Positions 59,447 to 64,000 of a stretch of 64,000 nt of DNA are shown in pieces. Each line of letters starts with the position of its first letter. Within the stretch, counting starts at the first letter, position 1. Below the pieces are notes generated by a model that made no database searches, had not been told where the DNA came from, and saw nothing but the letters and a program-made list of their open reading frames with translations. A program made the position numbers and the translations under genes. Origin of the DNA: an uncultured Gemmatimonadales bacterium (GTDB lineage: Bacteria; Gemmatimonadota; Gemmatimonadetes; Longimicrobiales; RSA9); assembly GCA_963816355.1 (NCBI GenBank), contig CAWFKH010000003.1, positions 1,184,001 through 1,248,000 on the forward strand. Reading direction: 5' to 3'.

Positions 59447-59845
59447 TCAGGCACCTTCCACGCGAAGCCGCCCGCGGCCCGACGCATCGCCGTCGGTTGG
59501 ATGCGGCCGGTTCGCGGAGTCCACGTGTACGATGCGCGGCTCGAATCCCTCCAGCTCCGCCTCAGCGTAGCTCGCGTAGCTGATGATGATGACGACGTCG
59601 CCCCGCTGGACGAGTCGCGCCGCCGCGCCGTTCACCACCACGTCGCCGGCTCCGCGTGCGCCACGGATCGCGTACGTCTCGAAGCGGGCGCCGTTGCTCA
59701 CGTCCACCACCTGCACCTTCTCGAACTCCCGCAGGTCCGCCGCATCCATCAGGGCCGCGTCGATCGTGATCGAGCCTTCGTAGTCGAGGTTCGCGTCAGT
59801 CACCGTGGCACGGTGGATCTTCGACTTGCACATCTCGCGGTTCAT
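59447..59845 (-). CDS. panD: Aspartate 1-decarboxylase
   Basis: KSKIHRATVT...YEGSITID, NGARFETY, NGAAAR. Confidence 0.97.
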   Translation of the reverse strand: MNREMCKSKIHRATVTDANLDYEGSITIDAALMDAADLREFEKVQVVDVSNGARFETYAIRGARGAGDVVVNGAAARLVQRGDVVIIISYASYAEAELEGFEPRIVHVDSANRPHPTDGDASGRGRLRVEGA

Positions 59846-60714
59846 CGGCCGCTCTCCGCCTCTTCCGTGTCGAGGACGACGTTGTCGATCAGGCGCGTCG
59901 CGCCCACGTAGGCGGCGACCGCGATCACGCTGCCGGGCGCCGCGCGCTCCAGCGGATCGAGTCGCTGCGCGTCCACCAACTCGACGTACTGCGGCTCGAC
60001 GCCCGCCGCCCCGAGCGTCTCCTCGACCATACCCCGAAGCCGCTGCGCCGTGCGCTCGCCCCGCCGGAACGCCCGCCGCGCGCGGAAGAGACCGGCCGAG
60101 AGCGACAGCGCCCGCTCCCGCTCCGCGGCGCTCAGGTACGCGTTGCGCGAGCTGAGCGCGAGGCCGTCCGCTTCTCGCACGATCGGCGCCAGCGCCACCT
60201 CGATCGGCCAGTCCAGGTCCCGCACCATGCGGCCGATCAGCACGCCCTGCTGGAAGTCCTTGCGACCGAACACCGCCACGTCCGGCTCGACCACGTTGAA
60301 CAGCTTCGCGACCACCGTCAGAACACCCCGAAAATGACCGGGCCGGAAGCGGCCGCAGAGGCGCTCGCCGAGATCACCCGGTACCACCTCGACCACCGGC
60401 TCCCCCTCCGGATACATCTCCGACGCCGCGGGCGCGAACAGGAGGTCGGTTCCCGCCTCCGCGAGGAGCTCGGCGTCCCGTTCCCGCTGCCGCGGGTAGC
60501 GCTCGTAGTCCTCGCCGGGGCCGAACTGGAGGGGATTCACGAAGATCGAAGCCACGAGGTAGGAGGCGCCGTGCTCCCCCCGCGCGCGCTGCACCAGCGA
60601 CAGATGGCCCGCGTGGAGCGCGCCCATGGTCGGGACGAATCCGACGCGGCCGCCTTCGGCGCGCGCCCGCGCCACCGCCTCGCGCACTCCCGCCACCGTC
60701 GATTCGCTCCGCAT
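59842..60714 (-). CDS. panC: Pantoate--beta-alanine ligase
   Basis: VPTMGALHAGH, FVNPLQF, RPGHF, SSRN, RLIDN. Confidence 0.97.
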   Translation of the reverse strand: MRSESTVAGVREAVARARAEGGRVGFVPTMGALHAGHLSLVQRARGEHGASYLVASIFVNPLQFGPGEDYERYPRQRERDAELLAEAGTDLLFAPAASEMYPEGEPVVEVVPGDLGERLCGRFRPGHFRGVLTVVAKLFNVVEPDVAVFGRKDFQQGVLIGRMVRDLDWPIEVALAPIVREADGLALSSRNAYLSAAERERALSLSAGLFRARRAFRRGERTAQRLRGMVEETLGAAGVEPQYVELVDAQRLDPLERAAPGSVIAVAAYVGATRLIDNVVLDTEEAESGR

Positions 60715-60729
60715 CGACCGCTTCGGCTT

Positions 60730-61557
60730 CTACTCGAACGAGTGCTCGGCCGCCGGGTACTCGCCGCGACGCACCGCCTCCCCGTACGCGGCGACTCCGG
60801 TCCGCACCGCCTCGCCCAGCTCGGCGAAGCGCCGCAGGAACCGCGGGCTGAATCCCTCGTTGAGGCCCAGCAGGTCGTAGAGCACGAGGACCTGGCCGTC
60901 CGTCTCCGGGCCGGCCCCGATCCCGATCGTCGGGATCGCGAGCGAGCGCGTGATCTCGCCCGCCAGCCCGCGCGGGATCAGCTCCAGCACGACGCCGAAG
61001 CAGCCCGCCTCCTGCAGGCGCAGCGCGTCCGCCCGCAGGCGCTCGGCGCTCGCGGCCTCCCTCCCCTGCACCCGCGCCCCCCCCATCGCGTGCACCGACT
61101 GCGGCGTGAAGCCGAGGTGGCCGAGCACGGGCACTCCGGCCCGCACGAGCGCCCGTACGTGATCCGCCGCGACATCGTCGCCACCCTCCAGCTTCACCGC
61201 CTCCGCACCCGTCTCCTTCAACACCCGCCCCGCGTTGCGCAGCGTCTCTTCGGGCGAGATCTGGAAGCTCAGGAAGGGCAGGTCCACCACTACCAGCGCG
61301 TGCCGCACGCCACGCCGTACCGCCGCGCCGTGCTGGATCATCTGCTCGAGCGTGACGGGCAGCGTCGAGTCGTAGCCGTGCACCACCTGCCCCGCTGAGT
61401 CCCCCACCAGCACCACGTCCACGCCCGCCGCGTCCACGAGACGGCCGAACGTGAAGTCGTACGCCGTCACGACGACGATCCGTTCGCCCGCGCGCTTGCG
61501 CTCGCGAACGTCGCGCACCGTGAACCGCCCTCGGCCGGCGCCTCGCTCCGTGCTCAT
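60730..61557 (-). CDS. panB: 3-methyl-2-oxobutanoate hydroxymethyltransferase
   Basis: TAYD, LVGDS, VKLEGG, GHLGFTPQS, TIGIGAG, DGQVLV. Confidence 0.97.
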   Translation of the reverse strand: MSTERGAGRGRFTVRDVRERKRAGERIVVVTAYDFTFGRLVDAAGVDVVLVGDSAGQVVHGYDSTLPVTLEQMIQHGAAVRRGVRHALVVVDLPFLSFQISPEETLRNAGRVLKETGAEAVKLEGGDDVAADHVRALVRAGVPVLGHLGFTPQSVHAMGGARVQGREAASAERLRADALRLQEAGCFGVVLELIPRGLAGEITRSLAIPTIGIGAGPETDGQVLVLYDLLGLNEGFSPRFLRRFAELGEAVRTGVAAYGEAVRRGEYPAAEHSFE

Positions 61558-61657
61558 CCTCGCCGCCTCCCACGCGGGCACCATCTCCGCAAGTGCCCAC
61601 CATGGCGCAGTTTATCATACCGTTGACGCGCCGGCATACTACCCGCACTTTGCCGGC

Positions 61658-63508
61658 GTGTCAAACCCCATCCGCTACGATTCGCTCCTCGTCCATCACC
61701 TCGGCCGCGAGCTCGACGCCGCCCTCGCCGGACGGCCTCTCCGGCGCCTCCGCCTCGACGCCCGCAGCCGCCGCGCCGCGCTCGTGCTGGACCGCGACGC
61801 CCTCCTCCTCGACCTCCACCCGCGCTCCGGCTGGATCGGCTTCGGTCCGTCCACCGCTGACGACGTGGCGGCCGAGCTGCCGCGCGCCGCCGCAATCGCC
61901 GGCGTCCGCGCGCCGCCGGACGAGCGCTGGATCGAGATCCACGTCCGTGGCACGCCCGCCGACGGCGTCCGCCGCCTCATCGTCGAGCTGCTGACCAATC
62001 AGTGGAACCTCCTGGCGCTCGACGCGGACGACCGCGTGCGCCACGTGCTGTGGACGCGCACCGCCGGAAAACGGCCGCTGCGGCTGGGCGCGCGGTACGA
62101 GCCGCCCCCGCCGGCGCGGCGCGAAGGGGCGCGATCGAAGCTCGGCCGCAAGCGCTGGCGGGAGCTGCTGTCGGCCGCCCCTGCCGCCGCCGGTCCCGCG
62201 CACGCGACGGACGCGTCCGGAGGGGCCGGATCCCACCCCGCTTCCTCCCGGCTCGTTCGCCTCGTCGCGTGGACCAGCCCACTCAACACTGCCTGGATCC
62301 TCGGTGCCGACGGCGACGCCGTCGCGGCGGACTTCGCTGCCACCTACGACCGCTACGCCGAGCTCATCCCGGCCGACGTCGTGGCGGCGCCGGCCGCCGG
62401 CGGCGCGAACGACCCGGCCGCGCCGGGCGCGAACGACCCGGCCGCGCCGAGCGCGAACGAGGAGGCCGCGCGGCCCCGCGTCGCGCGCGCCTTCCTGCGG
62501 GAGAGCGAGCCGGCGGTCTACGTGCACGCGCTCGGCGGCCCCGCGAGGACGTGCGAGTCGCTCCTCGCCGCGCTGCGCGCGGCGGCCGGAGCGACGACCC
62601 CGGCCCCCACCCCGGAGTCGGCCGCGGTGCCGCCGGAGCTCGTCGCTCGGCTGGAGCGCCGCCTCGACGCCGTCCACCGTCGCCTCGCGCGGCTGGAGCA
62701 GGAGCAGGAGGACGCCCGCCCCGAGGCCGCGCGGCTGCGGCAGCGCGCGGACCTCCTGCTGGCACAGCCGCACCTCGCGCCGCGCGGTACGCGCCACGCC
62801 GCGCTGTCCGATTTCCAGGGCGGCACCGTCGACGTGGATCTCGACCCGGCGCTCGACGCCGTCGCCAACGCGCAGCGCGTCTACGACGCCGCCCGCCGGC
62901 GCGAGCGGGCCGCCGAGCGGCTGCCACGTCTCGTAGGGCGGGCCCGCGGCGAGGCGGGACGCGTGGAGCGTCTGCTCGAACGAGCCCGATCCGGACGGGT
63001 GGAGGACCCTGCCCTGCCGGCAGAGCTGGCAGAAGAGGTCGCGATCGCGGCGGGTGCGGCCGGCGGCGGCGCGGGCAGCGCCCACCGCGCGGCAGGGGGC
63101 GCGGCGGCCGGCGCCTCGCCCCTGCCCTACCGCACGTACCGCACGAGCGGCGGACTCGAGGTGCGCGTCGGCCGCGGCAGCCGGGCCAACGACGACCTCA
63201 CCTTCCGCCACTCCGCGCCGGAAGACGTATGGCTTCACGCGCGCGACGCCGCGGGCGCCCACGTGATCCTGCAATGGGGCCGCAAGGACGCCAACCCGCC
63301 CGCCCGCGACATCGCCGAGGCCGCCGTGCTCGCGGCGCTGCGCAGCCGCGCCCGCACCTCCGGCACCGTGGCCGTCGACTGGACCCGCCGCAAGTACGTC
63401 CGCAAGCCGCGCAAGGCGGGACCCGGGCGCGTCGTGCCGGAACGCGTGAAGACGATCTTCGTGGAGCCCGACTCCGCCGTCGCACGCCGGATGGCGCAGC
63501 GCGACTGA
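61658..63508 (+). CDS. NFACT family protein (RqcH/FbpA-like)
   Basis: N-terminal NFACT-N-like region; LDPALDAVANAQRVY; NFACT-R VGRGSRANDDLT...WLHARDAAGAHVIL...KYVRKPRKAGPGRV. Confidence 0.85.
   Translation: MSNPIRYDSLLVHHLGRELDAALAGRPLRRLRLDARSRRAALVLDRDALLLDLHPRSGWIGFGPSTADDVAAELPRAAAIAGVRAPPDERWIEIHVRGTPADGVRRLIVELLTNQWNLLALDADDRVRHVLWTRTAGKRPLRLGARYEPPPPARREGARSKLGRKRWRELLSAAPAAAGPAHATDASGGAGSHPASSRLVRLVAWTSPLNTAWILGADGDAVAADFAATYDRYAELIPADVVAAPAAGGANDPAAPGANDPAAPSANEEAARPRVARAFLRESEPAVYVHALGGPARTCESLLAALRAAAGATTPAPTPESAAVPPELVARLERRLDAVHRRLARLEQEQEDARPEAARLRQRADLLLAQPHLAPRGTRHAALSDFQGGTVDVDLDPALDAVANAQRVYDAARRRERAAERLPRLVGRARGEAGRVERLLERARSGRVEDPALPAELAEEVAIAAGAAGGGAGSAHRAAGGAAAGASPLPYRTYRTSGGLEVRVGRGSRANDDLTFRHSAPEDVWLHARDAAGAHVILQWGRKDANPPARDIAEAAVLAALRSRARTSGTVAVDWTRRKYVRKPRKAGPGRVVPERVKTIFVEPDSAVARRMAQRD
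62402..62460 (+). repeat. 24-bp in-frame tandem repeat (GANDPAAP x2.5)
   Basis: GGCGCGAACGACCCGGCCGCGCCG twice plus a partial copy. Confidence 0.8.
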
Positions 63509-63607
63509 CCGGACGCGAAGGCGCCGCGGCGGGCGCTGCACCCGCCCAGCGCGGCCGCAGCGGCCGCGGCTGCCGCTACGGCAACGACCCCCGCCGCGCT
63601 CCGGCCG

Positions 63608-64000
63608 CTACGGCAGCGCTTCCCGCAGCGCCCGCACGAACGCGAGCGCCGACGCGGCGCCCTCATCGCCGAGGCGCTGGATGAACGCGCTCCCCACCAC
63701 GATCCCGTCCGCCACCTCCCCGACCGCCCGCGCCTGCGCCGGCGAGGAGATGCCGAAGCCGACGAGCACCGGGACCGTGCTCGCGGCACGCAACGACGCC
63801 ACCTCCCCCGCGAGCGTCTCCGGCAGCGTCGCCCGAGCCCCCGTCACGCCGGTGCGCGAGATGTAGTAGACGAACCCCTGCGACCTCGCGGCGATCGCGT
63901 TGCGGCGCGCCTCCGAGGTGGTGGGCGCGATCAGCCGCACCAGCGCCAGCGGCGACGCCTCGAGCATCGCCTCGAGCGCCGGATCGCCGCCCAGCGGCAG
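63608..64000 (-). CDS. trpA: Tryptophan synthase alpha chain (5' end outside window)
   Basis: LIAPTT, GFVYYISRTGVTG, PVLVGFGIS, ADGIVVGSA. Confidence 0.95.
   Translation of the reverse strand: MPLGGDPALEAMLEASPLALVRLIAPTTSEARRNAIAARSQGFVYYISRTGVTGARATLPETLAGEVASLRAASTVPVLVGFGISSPAQARAVGEVADGIVVGSAFIQRLGDEGAASALAFVRALREALP

Overview
Very GC-rich bacterial chromosomal segment. The gene content suggests Gemmatimonadota (inference). It is mostly core and metabolic genes, with no mobile element or CRISPR array detected. From left to right: a putative glycogen/starch-sensing envelope locus (anti-sigma-like protein with CBM48, beta-barrel with CBM48, secreted protein, FeoA-like gene); two secreted peptidases; an MFS transporter; a K+ channel; folD; tRNA-Leu(CAA); a TetR-headed Paa/Box-like acyl-CoA catabolic operon with an SSS transporter; greA, a short rho, rpmA/rplU, rne/rng and recQ; a branched-chain acyl-CoA region (acyl-CoA dehydrogenase, hydratase, AtuA pair, carboxyltransferase, ackA, split B12 mutase with isobutyryl-CoA-mutase signature residues, MeaB); mgtE-DUF502-ybeY-pgpH-phoH-aspS-PTS IIA; rlmN; yqeK; a degenerate GlmU-like gene; panDCB; an NFACT/RqcH gene; and partial trpA. 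The most striking non-coding feature is a ~310-bp array of covarying GGAAG-linked hairpins arranged as two inverted halves (39115-39426). Five single-base +1 frameshifts cluster between 6.8 and 12.7 kb and are probably sequencing or assembly errors.
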